Source: Podarcis bocagei (lineage: Eukaryota). From it: 64,000 bases of DNA. The stretch lies in the NCBI GenBank assembly GCA_964188305.1, contig OZ076893.1; one strand, written 5' to 3'. Below are positions 51,702 to 64,000 of this stretch, piece by piece. The first letter of the stretch is position 1. Each line of letters begins with the position of its first letter. The translations under genes and the position numbers were made by a program. A model generated the notes under the pieces. That model saw only the letters and a program-made list of their open reading frames with translations. It did no database searches and had not been told where the DNA came from.

Positions 51702-54700
51702 CTACTTCCAGAAAAGCACATTCCAGAGCAGAAGCCAGCAGGGGTAGACGAAGATGGCGATGAAGGGGAAGACGATGGAGCCGTAGAGGTGGTGGTCCAA
51801 CAGCCCTTCAGCAATCGCCTGCAAGAAGCGCTGCCAGCCCTCCAGCAGGGAGATGGGGTACTCAATGAGCTCCTGGTACAGGAAGATGCAGAAGAGAAGT
51901 GTGGCCGCTGGCGTGACCAGGACCAGCAGCACAGCGTAGAGGTACCTGGGGGAGGAAACGGGGAAAGAAAGCTCTGGGCTCCTGCGGGCACACGGGCAGG
52001 GGCAGGCCCACCCCGAAAGGGCAGGGTGTGTTGTGGGGTTCGTTGTTAAAATTTGCATGCCTCCCTTTGCCTGTAGATCACAGGGCAGTTCACAAGATAG
52101 AAGTACAAGATAAAAACACAGAATACACGATAAAACAAGACGAAAAACGTTTCCAAGTCGCACAGAACAACTTCATCCCTCCCTGCTACTTCAAGATGAA
52201 AACCCAGATGTGACATACTCAATTGCTAGATTTTGCGCTGCCATGATGGATATTCGTCAAAGGGTGGTTTGCGCCACAAACTAGGCCCCAAATGCAAGAC
52301 CTGTGCTCCTTCACACTCCCTCTCTTACAGTCACTTTTAACCGTTTGTACTTGTTTCTATCTTTTTAAGTTATGTATGATATCACCTTTTAACTACTCGT
52401 TTTTATCCCTTACCTCATTTAAGTTTTACGCATTCTATTTATCAGTATTTTTTATCTTATGCAGGTCTGTGACCAAAATAAAGTTTGATACAAATACTGA
52501 GGAACAAAAACAAACGGAGAACCCCCACCTTCCTAAAGCAACCGTTCCTTCTTCAGCCATGGACAGGGTTGAGACACCCACCGCCCTGAAGGACAGGACC
52601 AAGGGTCCAGGGCCACAAATTTGAAAAGCTGAGAAGCTTGCCTGGGGGACACACTCCCCACCCCTAAATTCCGCAACACCCCCACAGAAGGATAATGGGG
52701 AGGACTCTATTCCTGCAAAGCACCTTTTGGACAAAAGAGTCCTATTTGTATCTCCATTTTGAAACTAAGGCCAAACACATCGTCCTGATGTGGGCAGCTC
52801 TGCTTTGCGTGTCCTGAGGAAGCCCAACATACAGAAACAAATTTGGCTCTGCCAAGCATTTGCCTTCTTGCTTCTTCCTCAGGCCCTTGGCTTTCCCCGC
52901 AAAGAACTGGTCCAGAAGAGGGGGAACGCGGCCACTTCATTAGGCCAGGGATGGGGAGGCTGCAAGTGCCCAAGTGATGCCATTAGACAACAGCTGCCAC
53001 CTTCCCTGATGTGTTGGCTGCAGCTGAGGGCAGCTGCGAACTCCCAGCAACACTGAAAGGCCTCTGTCTCCCTTTGTAGTTGGAGGACAGAGCGCAGGGG
53101 GAGGAGTGGCAAGGAGACGCCCCGTCATCTGCCCTGGGCAATTCTGGTGATCCCTGTCCTTTGCAGCCCAGTTCTTGTGGGGTGGGGGCAGAGAGGGAAG
53201 CAGGCAGCAGCCCCAGGGCGTACGTACTTGGGCCCCGTGGGCTGGACAAGGGCAGCGACAGGCACCATGGTGACGGCCAGCAGGAAGCCCAGGGAGAAGT
53301 TGATGAGGGTGATGCAGCCCAGCTGCATGGCCAGGTAGAGGAGCGAGACCAGCTTCAGCGTCATCCAGCCACGGTCGCTTCCCGAGCCCGTCAGGACCCT
53401 GCGGGGCAGAGAGACAGAGCCAGTCTGCAGGCGGCACAGCCACAGCCCCTGGAAAAGAAGAGCAGCAGCAGCCTGGCCCTTGCCCCAGAGAGCGCTGGGC
53501 AATCAGGCACCCCTTCAAGCTCTGCACGTCTCGCCCTCTCCCTGCCTTGTGCCGGGGCAGGCAAGAGTCGCCCCAGGGCCCCCACCTGGCCGGGCCGTCT
53601 CCTCCCCTCCCTCCCCGTCACCTGTGCGTGTTGTGGGGCAACGCCAGCCCCGCCACGTAGATGGCAATGACCGTCAGCACCACAGCCTCTGACTCCGAGA
53701 CGGGGAAGTGGTGTGTGGCCACCTGCTGCCCCAGGATGGGCACGAAGTAGAGGGCCAGCCCCGTGGCGTGGCAGATCAGCAGCGGGGGCACCAGCGTCAG
53801 CAGGCTGGGCTTGGGCTCCTGGGTGAGAGAGGAGGGCAGAGGGGTCAGGAGAAGGGCCCCCTCCCTGGGTGGGAGGGCCAGGAGTCGCGGCTAAGGCTGG
53901 TGGGGGTTTCGGGGGGGGGCAAAAACAACCCCACCCGTTCCCCAAAGAAGAGTTCATTGTGCATTTGGGGATCTCTGCTGGAACAAGGGCAGCAACTGCA
54001 CCGAAAAGCAGGACCACTTTGACCCCCACAGCACGCCTGGCCCAGGGCAGAAGAGGGGAGGGGGCTGGCAAAGCCTGGCTCTTCGGGGCCTGCAGACTCA
54101 GGAGGATCTTCAAGCGCATTTTAGTCTCAAGGTGTCCAGGGAGCATCACATTTCCAAGCCGTTCTCTTCCTCAACCAGCCATGTCTTTTTGGGGTGCTCT
54201 CTCTTTGTTGCCCATGCCATGTAGGGGTGCAGATATCCAGAGTGTGGGGGTCAGGTGGGATTGCTATGAGGAATTATGAACTATGGAGCAAGCCATTGTG
54301 ACAGCAATGAAAGCATGGCGTTGACTGGGTTTGATTCATTGACAATAGTTTCTGATTGAATCCCACAAGTCTCTGCACCTCGGCCATTTGCTTTCTCTAC
54401 GCCTGACAGGCACGTATCAGCATTCTGAAACACAGACCAGCTGCATCAGGTATCCTGGGTCATCCAGATAGAAGGTAGCTTTGATGTAGATCTTAAGGGC
54501 CAGGAAGAGAGTTCACAAGGAGAGGGCAAATGCTGCCATCCTACCTCTCCTGTGTACTCCTGTCTATGACCTCCGGGGTTTGGCTGAATGCATTCCTCCT
54601 TTTATTCCTATTTTATTTACTCTGAACTACATATGCGTGCTCAAGTAGGAGATAGTTTCTTTGTAGTTAACAGAATTTCTTCTGATCTGACTTTGTCCCA

Positions 54701-57654
54701 CGTGGTTTTTTTTGAAATGCTCAGAGGAAATCTGATTGGTTCTTACGAACACTGTGTAAAAAGTCTTTTGTGAATAAAACGACCTGGGCCGAGGAGTGGA
54801 AAGGAATTATCATTATACGCACCCCTCCCAGCCTCGTGTGTATCTTATTAATCAAAGTCCAATCCTTCCTTTACTTTGGAAACACTACAATGCCATGCGC
54901 TGGAAGCAGTCAGTGTGAGAGGACTGACCATTCCAGGAGCAGACAAGCAGCACCCATGTTTTTTTCAGGGGGGGGTGCAGGATTGCAGGAATGGGCTGTG
55001 CAGGGTGACTTCAAGAGGCGAGCAATTCCCACGCAGGTCCTTTCCCACCACCGAGTCCCTTCTCTGCCCCCTCCCCAGGGACCCCGCCACTCCCTGCCAC
55101 ATCATCTCACCTCCAGAGCAACAGCACTAGGACCTTGGTCTCCGTCGCAGAGCCGGTCATCTGGGTCCACATCGTAGCGGCTCAGCTTCATCCACAGGTC
55201 CAGAGCGTGAAGAGGAAGGAGGAGTCAAGGGAAAGGCAGGACCTCAGAGGACGCGATGAGCCAAGCCAGGAACTCCCCTCACCCAAATCCTAGGGGACAC
55301 CAACCAGACATCCCCTCCCCAAGTATCCAGAGGAGCACCAAGGGGGGTGGCCTTCCAGGGTCTAGCTAAGGCGATGCCAGGGAACCTAACACCCCTCGAC
55401 CTCTTGTCGGAACACCTCTGGCATTTGCCAGAGCTCTGCTGAGATGAATGACAAGTGGAGGGAGACGCACAGGGCAGAGTGAGGCTGAGCCTGGCCAGAC
55501 ACACACAGGGGGCACCCAAGGGAGGCCTCTCGCCCACTCATCGGGGCTGCAGCAAACCAGGGCTGCTCCTGAAGGGCTTGGCTGCCAGGCCTATGGGCCG
55601 CAGTTGCTGCATGGAAGAGAGGAGTCCAGAGGGACGCAGCCAGTGACAGGAGAAGCTGTGTTTGCTGAAATTCTTCCTTCTGGCACAGGAACAACATCGC
55701 ACAAGGACGCTGTCCGGCTGAAGGGTAGGGCTGGCAGCCTGGCACCACTGAAGTCTGCTCAGGCCATCTTCCCAACAGGGGATGCCCCAGGCCCTCTCAG
55801 CTTCTGTTCATCCTCGCAGCTGGTCAGGGCAGAAGCTCCAGAGCCTGTCCTGTCCTCTGGCTCCCAAGAGGTACAGAAAAAGCCACCCTCAGGCCAGAGG
55901 ACCCTCGAGTTGGGCTCCCAAGCGCCTCCCTGCAAGGCCCCAACGCTTGGTGGTCAGAGGGAGCCTCTCCTGGAGACAGACGCAGCTGCCTCGGCTGGGA
56001 CCATCAGTCCGTCTGCTTCCCGGGGAGTCCTCCACTATGTGGCCCCCCAGCTGGGCTCCTCAAGTGGGAGCTTCTCCTCTGACCCTCCCTGGATCCCAGC
56101 TCAGAAGCAGCAAGAGACAGAAACTCCCCCAGCCCCTCTCCCTGCTCCCCACACAGAGGAGGAGGATATCTTGAGGACCAGGATGAGGATGAGGAACCCG
56201 AAGGCTGGCATGTAGAGCCCGATGGAGACGAAGCGGGAGAGAGACGGGAGCAGGTAGAAGAAGTACGACTGGTGGAGGCGCTCCAGCAGGTTGTTCAGCT
56301 TCCGGAACATTCCCTCCAGGGTCCTGGGGAAGGGAAGCGACGGGGTGAGAGGCAGAATTCTTGGCTTTGAAAGAGGATGGGACCAATTCATGGAGGAGGA
56401 GGAGAGGGCTATGGATGGCTCCGGGCCAGGATGGTTCTGCTCTGCACCCACAATCAGAGGCAGCAGGGCTTCTGAGAACCAGTTGCTGGAAAGCACAGGA
56501 AGGGAGAGAGCAGCTCCTGGGTTCGAATCCTGCTTGTGGCCTTCTTCCCTTGGGGCCACATAGTGGCTGGCCACTGGGAGAACAGGAGGCTGGACCAGAG
56601 GGCCTCTTCTTTGGCCTGAACCAACAACCAGGCCCCACTTATGCTCTCATGGAACCTCCAAGCCCAGAGGCAGTCTACCTGGATTCCTAGGTTTCCAGGG
56701 GCATTCAGCCACTGGGAGAGCAGGATGCCAGGCTAGAGGGGCTCTTCTTTGGCCTGATCCAGTACCCATGCTCTCCTGAGGCCGGTGTGGGCGTATCCCA
56801 ACCCTTCTCAGCTTCCACACAGGCCAAAGTCTGCTCCCCAAACAGGCTCCTTCGCACCCACGTCCTGCCAAGGCCGCCTACTCACGTGCCAACCATGCCC
56901 ATGTCAAACTTGTACTGGCGGAAGCTGTTGATGCCGCGCAGGGTGATGGCCTCGATGTGGTAGCGCAGGAAGAGCCCGTGGTCCCCCTGCGGCCGGCCGG
57001 AGCCCTGCTTGAGCACCATCAGAAGCATCGTCTGCAGAGAGTGGACGAAGGCCGGCAGGGAGTCCCAGTCGGAGCGCTGCAGCTGGAGGGGAGCGGAGAG
57101 GGGACTCAGGACAATTGGCCCAAAGCAGCTCCCTGCCCTCACAACCCAGGAGCGGAGAAACCCACCCCACGGACAGGACAGGGAAAGAGGCAAGGCCGGA
57201 GCCTCCCCTCCAGCCAGCTGGGGCCGCTTCCCTTGCAGGCCTTTGCCTAGGGGGTCCTGGGCAGGGCCCAAATGGCCTCCCCCTCCAGCAGCCCCCCTGG
57301 GCCCCACCTTGCCCTGAATGGTGCAGAGCAGCCCGTTCTTCTGGCAGAAGGAGTAGAAGAGGTTGACGAGGTCCAGGTTGGGCAGCTGCCCGTTCAGCCC
57401 CTCCACGGCCACGTCAAAGCTGGTGATGACGTCGCTGCTCAGCTCCAGGGAAATGGCGGCCTGGATGGCTCCTGCCCGACCCAACATCCCTGACGAGTGC
57501 ACCTCTGCGGGGGGAGAGAAAATAAAAGCTAATGAGGGTGGTGGCCGTTCGCATCACGGGGCAAGGGGGCGCTGCCCTTCATTCCTAGAGGACAGGAGCC
57601 AGTCGTTCTGCGACAGGGCAGGGCAGAAGCCCGGTGGGGGGGGGGGGTTAGGAG

Positions 57655-57713
<59 letters not shown>

Positions 57714-60700
57714 TTATTATTTATACCCCGCCCATCTGGCTGGGTTTCCCCAGCCACTCTGGGCGGCTTCCAAAAGAATATTAAAATACTATGATACATC
57801 AAACATTGAAAGCTTCCCTGAACAGGGCTGCCTTCAGATGTCTCCTAAAAGCCTGGTGGTTGTTGTTCTCTTTGACATCTGAGCCTTTGTGGCTGGATAA
57901 CAGGACCCTGGAAGAGCTGGCTGGGTGCAGGGACGTTGGGGGTCTGGGCCAGGCCTGGGGAATGCAGACAGCGAAAGAACTGGCAGAGAGACACAGGGGG
58001 CCGCTCTGGAGAAACAAGAGGAGCCCCCCAGCCGCTCCAAGGCAGGTGCTCCAGGCAGACTCCCCCAGGGCGGCTGGGCAACCCCCCCCCCCAGGCAGCG
58101 CCCTCTCACCTGTGACGTTGACGTCATGATACGCCTCCAGCCAGGCCTCCATCCCAATCAGGTCGTGCTCGTTCACCAGGAAGATGATGTCTTTGGCCCA
58201 ATAGATCTGACCTAGGACACAGGGGAAGCTCAGCAGCCCCCATGAACCCCCTGGGCAGGCCCAGCACTGGCACACATCGCCCCCCCCCCCCAAAGGAAGC
58301 AACAGGCAGACCCGGTTCTTCCCTCCCAGCCAGGGGAAGGGAAACTAGGGAGGAAGCTGGATCTTACCCCCGTCTCGTTCTAGGAAATTTCATGCAATAT
58401 ACCGTATTTTTTGCTCTATAAGACTCACTTTTTCCCTCCTAAAAAGTAAGGGGGAAAGTGTGTGCGTCTTATGGAGCGAATGCAGGCTGCGCAGCTATCC
58501 CAGAAGCCAGAACAGCAGGAGGGATTGCTGCTTTCACTGCGCAGCGATCCCTCTTGCTGTTCTGGCTTCTGAGATTCAGAATATTTTTTTTTCTTGTTTT
58601 CCTCCTCCAAAAACTAGGTGCGTCTTGTGGTCTGGTGCGTCTTATAGAGCGAAAAATACGGTAGTTCTGGGAAGGTTGAGATACGGAAAACCCAGGTTTA
58701 AACTTGCACAAATGCAAATGAGCCTATTTGGCCTGGATTCCAACTGGCTTGGATTGCACTCCTCCATTTTTGGGGGAAACAAATAGAGGGGAACAGGGGA
58801 CAACACCCCCCACCCCCGGCCCTCACATCTCTAGTGTAGCAGCGATCAGCTGAAGGATCTCTAAAGGTGTGGCAAAGGGAAGCCCTCAGCCCCACCCCTC
58901 CCAGCTCACCTCGGAAGTGGGAGGCCAGCGCCAGCATCAGCCCCACGGCCTGGTTGTTCTGCTGCCCCACACTGCAGGGGACGCTCAGCACTAAGGACTC
59001 CGTACTGGCTGCCCGGGGAGCCCGCAGGATCCCGTAGACGTTGGTGCCCTTGACCATCTGCAAAGAGAAGGGCAGCCCCAGGGTTCATCTCCCCAGCAGC
59101 GGAACAGCCGCACCCCGGCCCCCCCGCCGGCCCAGGGAGGAGCCTGGAAGCACCTACGTATCTCTCTCGCATCTCGTCGGGGAAAGGCAGTGTGCGGGAG
59201 AAGGGCTGCTTGTAGACCTCCAGGCCCAGGTTCCACATGGTCTTCTCCAGCCAGGCCACCGGCATGCCCCTGGGGAGAGAGGAAGGGGCACCAGGGGCAC
59301 CGGGTGAGGGCCCAGCTCTCCTCTTTTGCCCCACGAGCTTTTACAGCAGTGCCCCCCTTGAGGAGGGAGGGGGTCTCGACAAGGTGGCAGGCGGGCCAGT
59401 TAAGCTGGCTGAGCTATCCTACACTGTGTCACCAGAGTATGAAGAGAGATACAATGAAATCATCTGCATTACACTTTAATGTTAATAATAAGAATAATAT
59501 TTATACCCCACCCATCTAGCTGGGTTTCCCCAGCCACTCTGGGTGGCTCACACCACATATCAGAACATACTCAAACATCATTCCTTAAAAACTTCCCTAT
59601 ATAGGGCTGCAGGGGGACGCGGGTGGCATTGTGGTCTAAACCACAAAGCCTAGGACATGGGTAGGCAAACTAAGGCCCGGGAGCTGGATCCCAATCACCT
59701 TCTAAATCTGGCCTGTGGACGGTCCGGGAATCAGCGTGCTTTTACATGAGTAGAATGTGTGCTTTTATTTAAAATGCATCTCTGGGTTATTTGTGGGGCA
59801 TAGGAATTTGTGCATTTCCCCCCGCAAAATATAGTCTGGCCCCCCACAAGGTCTGAGGGACAGTGGACTGGCACCCTGTTGAAAAAGTTTGCTGACCCCT
59901 GGCCTAGGGCTTGCTGATCAGAAGGTTGGCGGTTCGAATCCCTGCGATGGGGTGAGCTCCCGTTGCTCGGTCCCAGCTCCTGCCCACCTAGCATTTTGAA
60001 AGCATGTCAAAGTGCAAGTAGATAAATAGGGGGAAGGTAAATGGCGGGAAGGTAAATGGGGTTTCCATACACTGCTCTGATTCGCCACAAGTGGCTTAGT
60101 CATGCTGGCCACATGACCCGGAAGCTGTCTGCGGACAAACGCCGGCCCACTTGGCCTATAGGGCGAGATGAATGCTGCAACCCCAGAGACATCTGCGACT
60201 GGACCTAACGGTCAGGGGTACCTTTACCTTTATACAGGGATGCCTTCAGATGTCTTCTAAAAGACAGATAGTTGTTTATTTCCTTGACATCTGATAGGAA
60301 GGCGTTCCACAGGGAGGGTGCAACCACCGAGAAGGCCCCCTGCCTGATGCATTTCAGCACCTGCGTACTTTACATCATGTGCACATTTGTAGGAAAATCT
60401 TGCACTGTCTCCATAAGAAAACCAGGCTTGGGTTTGAGTGGACCTTCAATGGAAGGAAACACTCAACACTGACAATTTATTCTTCATTATATAAGGGTTT
60501 AAAGAGGAGGCAAGGCTTATCCACACCTCAGAAAAGTATCTGCAGAAGGCTCACTTTCTATTGCTATTGTTAAGAGATTGGAAGCCAGCTGCCAAGGTGT
60601 GCCAAGGCCAACCCACCAGGGGCAGAAAGACCCTAAACTGCACTGGGGGCAAAACTGCTTCTTCCCTTCGATATCCCACTCCTGGCAGAATGGAAGACTT

Positions 60701-61246
60701 TCCTTCTTGTAGAGTCAGGGAGCGGTGGGGTTTCTCTCTGGGTCAGCAATGTTGGGGGTGGCACCAAAAGGCCTGCTCTGAGCCACTGGGTTCACCTGGG
60801 GGGCTGCAGAGGCCCGAGAGTGCCAGCCCCGGACGCACTCGGGGTGCGGCCCAGAAGGTCCTCTGCCCCCCAGGGGTCTCCCAAGCCCCTCACTCACCCC
60901 GCCTTCTTCTTGTGGCCGGCAAACTCCCGGGCGTAGGAGAGGGCGCGCTCCCCGTGGACGAAGTGCTCCTCCACCATGGTGGAGCCCATGGCGTTCTCCG
61001 ACATGTAGATGCGCAGCGTGAAAGGGTGGAAGGCCAAGCCCAGGAACCAGCCCAGCCCCACCAGGAAGCTGATGATGCTGCGGAGAGACGGAGAGGGAGG
61101 CCGTTGGGGGGTCAGGGGGGCTGTGCCCCAAGGGAGCCCCCCCCCCCGAGGTCTTGCCCCGATGCTACTCACCAGAGCGGGGTATTGAGGCGGAGCAGGA
61201 GGCGGGAGAGGGCGCGCCGGCGGTAGGGGTCCGAGAGCAGCCCCAT
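51702..61246 (-). CDS. GPAA1: GPI-anchor transamidase component GPAA1 (623 aa)
   Basis: 12 exons: 61246-61173 (MGLLSDP), 61077-60898 ([14 protein letters not shown]), 59269-59158, 59057-58910 ([12 protein letters not shown]), 58211-58110 (YWAKDIIFL), 57504-57308 ([12 protein letters not shown]), 57082-56886, 56323-56170 ([16 protein letters not shown]), 55206-55111, 53818-53622, 53398-53228, 51945-51702 (WNVLFWK*). 1872 nt; minus-strand AATAAA at 51165-51170. Confidence 0.97.
54220..54889 (+). mobile_element. Solo LTR (670 bp) in GPAA1 intron 9, antisense to GPAA1
   Basis: TGTAG...CTACA termini; 6-bp TSD ATGCCA at 54214-54219 and 54890-54895; inverted CCAAT CTGATTGG near 54732; AATAAA near 54773. 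Confidence 0.85.
55207..56169 (-). other. U12-type (minor spliceosome) AT-AC intron 8 of GPAA1
   Basis: 5' site AAG|ATATCCTC; branch site TTCCCTTGAC at 55233-55224; 3' site TTCAC|GCT; splicing keeps the frame (LVLK-ALDLW). Confidence 0.92.
58402..58661. mobile_element. Tc1/mariner-pogo-type MITE
   Basis: TA-CCGTATTTTTTGCTCTATAAGAC...GTCTTATAGAGCGAAAAATACGG-TA; partial relative at about 40333-40520. Confidence 0.85.
59611..60230 (+). mobile_element. Sauria-type SINE inserted in an L2 fragment and itself interrupted by a hAT MITE
   Basis: SINE head at 59611-59655 resumes at 59902 and ends (ACCTTT)2; imperfect TSD TATATAGGGCTGC / TATACAGGGATGC at 59598-59610 and 60231-60243. Confidence 0.85.
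59656..59901. mobile_element. hAT (Charlie-like) MITE
   Basis: TIRs CATGGGTAGGCAAACT / AGTTTGCTGACCCCTG; 8-bp TSD GCCTAGGA / GCCTAGGG. Confidence 0.8.
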
Positions 61247-62110
61247 GGCCGCGCAGAGCTCTCAGGGCCCTGGGGGGCAGAGAAGGGGGGGCAACGCCAT
61301 TAATAACAACAACAATGAGAAGAACAACCACATTCACCCCTCCCGCCCCCCCTTCCCCCTTTCATTGGGCTCAGACCTGGCAGGGACCTGGGTTCGAATC
61401 CCGCCCCCTCTCACCCGCCCCCCCCCCGCCTGGCCTCCCTCGCAGGGCCCTTGGGGGGCCAGACAGGCGGGACGAGGACCCCCCCCCACCGCGAGGGGCG
61501 GGGCGAGGGGAGGTAGGCGGGGAAAACCGGGCCCCGCACCCACCGTCCAGGCGGGGCTCCTTCCGGGGCGGCCGAGCGCACGGGAGCAGCGAGAGGAGCC
61601 GGCCAGAGCGGGCCCGGGCGGAGGGGAAGCGGAAGGGCGGGCGCGGCAAGGAGCCCGCCGGAAGTTCCGCCTCCGGAACGGCCGCTCCAGCCCACGGTGG
61701 ACTCTGTGGTCTGGCGGCGCTTCCGGGCCTAAGAAGGTCGCTCTCCCGAGGGGGGAGGGCACAAGAGGTCCTCCGAGCATGTGCAGAGTGCGCTTGGGGC
61801 CAAGGGAAGCTGCGGTTCCTGCACCGCACAAGCCCGCTCCCAACTCTCCTTCTCCGCCTGGGGGTTGCAATTTCCTTTAATTTTGGAGGCGGGCAGCAGA
61901 AGCAGAGGCCCCTGGCCCCGGACCAGCTGTGGTGCCCCCCCTGCTCCGCCCGGCGCCCTCCCCGGGGCCTCCGCCTCTTGGCTCCTGGTCTTCCAGGCTG
62001 TGTCCTGGGCCGAGTCTGGCAGGTCGGAGAGGGTGGCTTGCTCAAGGGCAAGTCCAGGAAGCCCCCCTGGAGCCCCAGGCCAGCCCCCCCCCCCCCCGTT
62101 TGATGGCGCA
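60850..62110 (-). promoter_or_regulatory. CpG island: GPAA1 promoter with clustered ETS sites
   Basis: CpG-rich; GCGGAAG, CCGGAAGT, CCGGAA and CTTCCGG between about 61629 and 61727; probable non-coding exon above about 61543 spliced to an acceptor near 61269. Confidence 0.75.
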
Positions 62111-63177
62111 GCAGACAGGCCTTCTGCACAAGAGGAGCTCCTCTCCGGGCCAGGCCCTGCTGCGTCTCTCCTTGGAGCACCTGCCACCAACAGAGATCAC
62201 CCGAACATCCCTGGGCAGCTGTGTTTTCCTAGCCTGGGAACGAGCCCACAGCCTCCACTGTGCATGCCATGCTCAGTCCCTGCTGGCGTCTCCAGGTGGG
62301 GCTCGGAAAACTCCTGCCTGACACCCCAGAGATCCACTGAGCTAGGGGGCTGATCCCTTGGTATGAGGCAGCTTCCCACATGCACTTTTTGCTCCTGCCA
62401 GGACACGTTGCCTCCAAGGTCTTTGCTGGGAAATGTTGCAGCTCACTCAGCCTGGCCACGGCTCTTGCATTTATTATCTGCTGACTGTGGTACCTCCGTG
62501 GCACAGCAACAGTTCTCAGACCATGTGGGATGGGGCTATGCTGGTGCCCCTCCTTGAGGTTAATTCCTTTCCCCCGAAGCTTGTGACTGGCATGTGCCCC
62601 TCGCCTGACCCCAGGGCCACTGAAGGAGCTCCTGCCCAGGCTAGCGTCCCCCCACTTGCATTCTTCCACAATGTGGGCTGGAAGGGCCCAAGAAGTGACC
62701 CACTCTGACTCCCCCCACCTGCCCAGGGTAGAACCAGTCATCCACCATGCCAGCCAAGAGCCAAAATGACCTGCAGAGAAGCCCGGGTGCATGTGTCATG
62801 CCACAGGCACCATCCTGTGCAAAGAGCACATGGCATAAGCACTTGCCAACCTTGGTGGGCACTCAGTGTGGATGGGCTGCTTCTGCAGAGAACTGTAGTG
62901 GAAGTTATAGTACATGCTTTGCTAGATCTCCTATCCAGTGTTAGAAACTCACCAGGCATGTTTTGCGACTGGTGCGCTTATAACTGCGACGACAATGTGG
63001 AGATCCCTGGATGCCGGGTTGGTGAATGAGGAAAGCCAAATGTCACTTAGAGAAGGATGTGAAATATTTTCCTTGAAGCTTGAATCTGTTTTATTCTGGA
63101 TTGTTTTATTTGATTTTTAACATGTTGTAAACTGCTTTGAGATTTGTTATTTATAATATAAAGTACTATATAAATTA

Positions 63178-63292
63178 GGGACGCTGGTGGTGCTATGGTC
63201 CAAACCACTCTTGGGCTTGCCAATCAGAAGGTCGACGGTTCGAATCCCCGCTACAGGTTGAGCTCCCGTTGCTCGGTCCCAGCTCCTGCCTA
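63178..63292 (+). mobile_element. Truncated Sauria-type SINE (5' part)
   Basis: Similar to the head of 10987-11336. Confidence 0.7.
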
Positions 63293-63975
63293 CCACCGGT
63301 GGGGGGCAGTGCCTGGGTATCTCATTGTGGCAACCGTAGCCTAGGTTTAAGGTGCCATTTGGGCAATTTGATTATATATCTGAGTTTCTATCACTGGTTA
63401 GCTCTGATAATGCAGGCATGCTTTTCCTCTGAGAGCGCAACTTAATTTCTATGCATGTGTGCAGCTAAGATGAAGGAATGGCCCCATGTAAGCTGTGCAA
63501 AGTGACAGGCCTTTGGACTCCCCTTCTGTGGCCCCCCAGCAGCCAGAGTTGTTCTGGCCAAGTCAAGCATCACAACGGTGTGTTTACTGAAGACACTCGC
63601 ACAGAACCCCGGGTCAGGGGGGGCGAGGCTCACCTGCTCTTAAATCTCAACCAGTCCTGAGGCCAGAGGGAAGCCACGTGACGTGTGCCCAAGTGATCCA
63701 CACTCCGTACTTTCTTTGGAAGAATATTTAATTCTCTGGCATGTAAAAAAGAAGCAACCCTGTACAAAAAGGCTTAGTGCAAAGCACCGCAGGCAGTGCA
63801 ACACAGGCCTGCATCTAGCTGCGCATTCCTCTCCCACAGAGAGCGGCTCAGTTCAGGGAGGAAGGGGGAGATTCTTGGCTGCATCCAGCTGGCGCCACCT
63901 GAGAAAAGGGCAGAGGAGGAGGAGGCATCTTCCACCGCTCTGTGCCCCTCACCCCCAGTGCAGCCGGGAGGGGGC

Positions 63976-64000
63976 TCACTTGCCCAGCAGAGCAGTGACC
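63976..64000 (-). CDS. EXOSC4: Last codons of exosome complex component RRP41 (partial)
   Basis: Minus strand reads ...VTALLGK*, similar to the recalled mammalian EXOSC4 end (ASILLGD*); expected position and strand upstream of GPAA1; candidate ATTAAA at 63727-63732. Only 7 codons plus the stop are visible. Confidence 0.5.

Noticed and set aside
51183-52049. 288-aa plus-strand ORF
   Set aside because: Antisense shadow of the last GPAA1 exon and 3' UTR; it starts at a non-ATG codon.
55448-56215. 255-aa plus-strand ORF inside the GPAA1 U12 intron
   Set aside because: No recognisable homology, GC-rich, and partly antisense to a GPAA1 exon; likely chance.

Overview
Vertebrate genomic DNA, not prokaryotic. 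Sauria-type SINEs, BovB, CR1 and L2 repeats point to a squamate, probably a lacertid lizard (inference). The window covers the conserved block WDR97(-, partial), MAF1(-), SHARPIN locus(+), CYC1(-), GPAA1(-) and the last codons of EXOSC4(-). Exon chains were built by hand from splice sites and reading-frame phase. Main result: the gene at the SHARPIN position does not end after its NZF domain as mammalian SHARPIN does. It splices in frame into a complete HOIL-1L/RBCK1-type RING1-IBR-RING2 module, giving a 696-aa PH-LTM-UBL-NZF-RBR protein with the catalytic Cys and C-terminal His intact. The 5.9-kb intron between NZF and RBR holds two in-phase candidate alternative last exons, so one locus may switch between adaptor-only SHARPIN and a SHARPIN-E3 ligase. 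Other points: a U12 AT-AC intron in GPAA1, an RFX X-box at the likely WDR97 promoter, an intact-looking Gypsy element 40 bp from a WDR97 splice donor, three solo LTRs with target-site duplications (TSDs), and a three-level nested transposon. Most ORFs in the supplied track are spurious or exon fragments.
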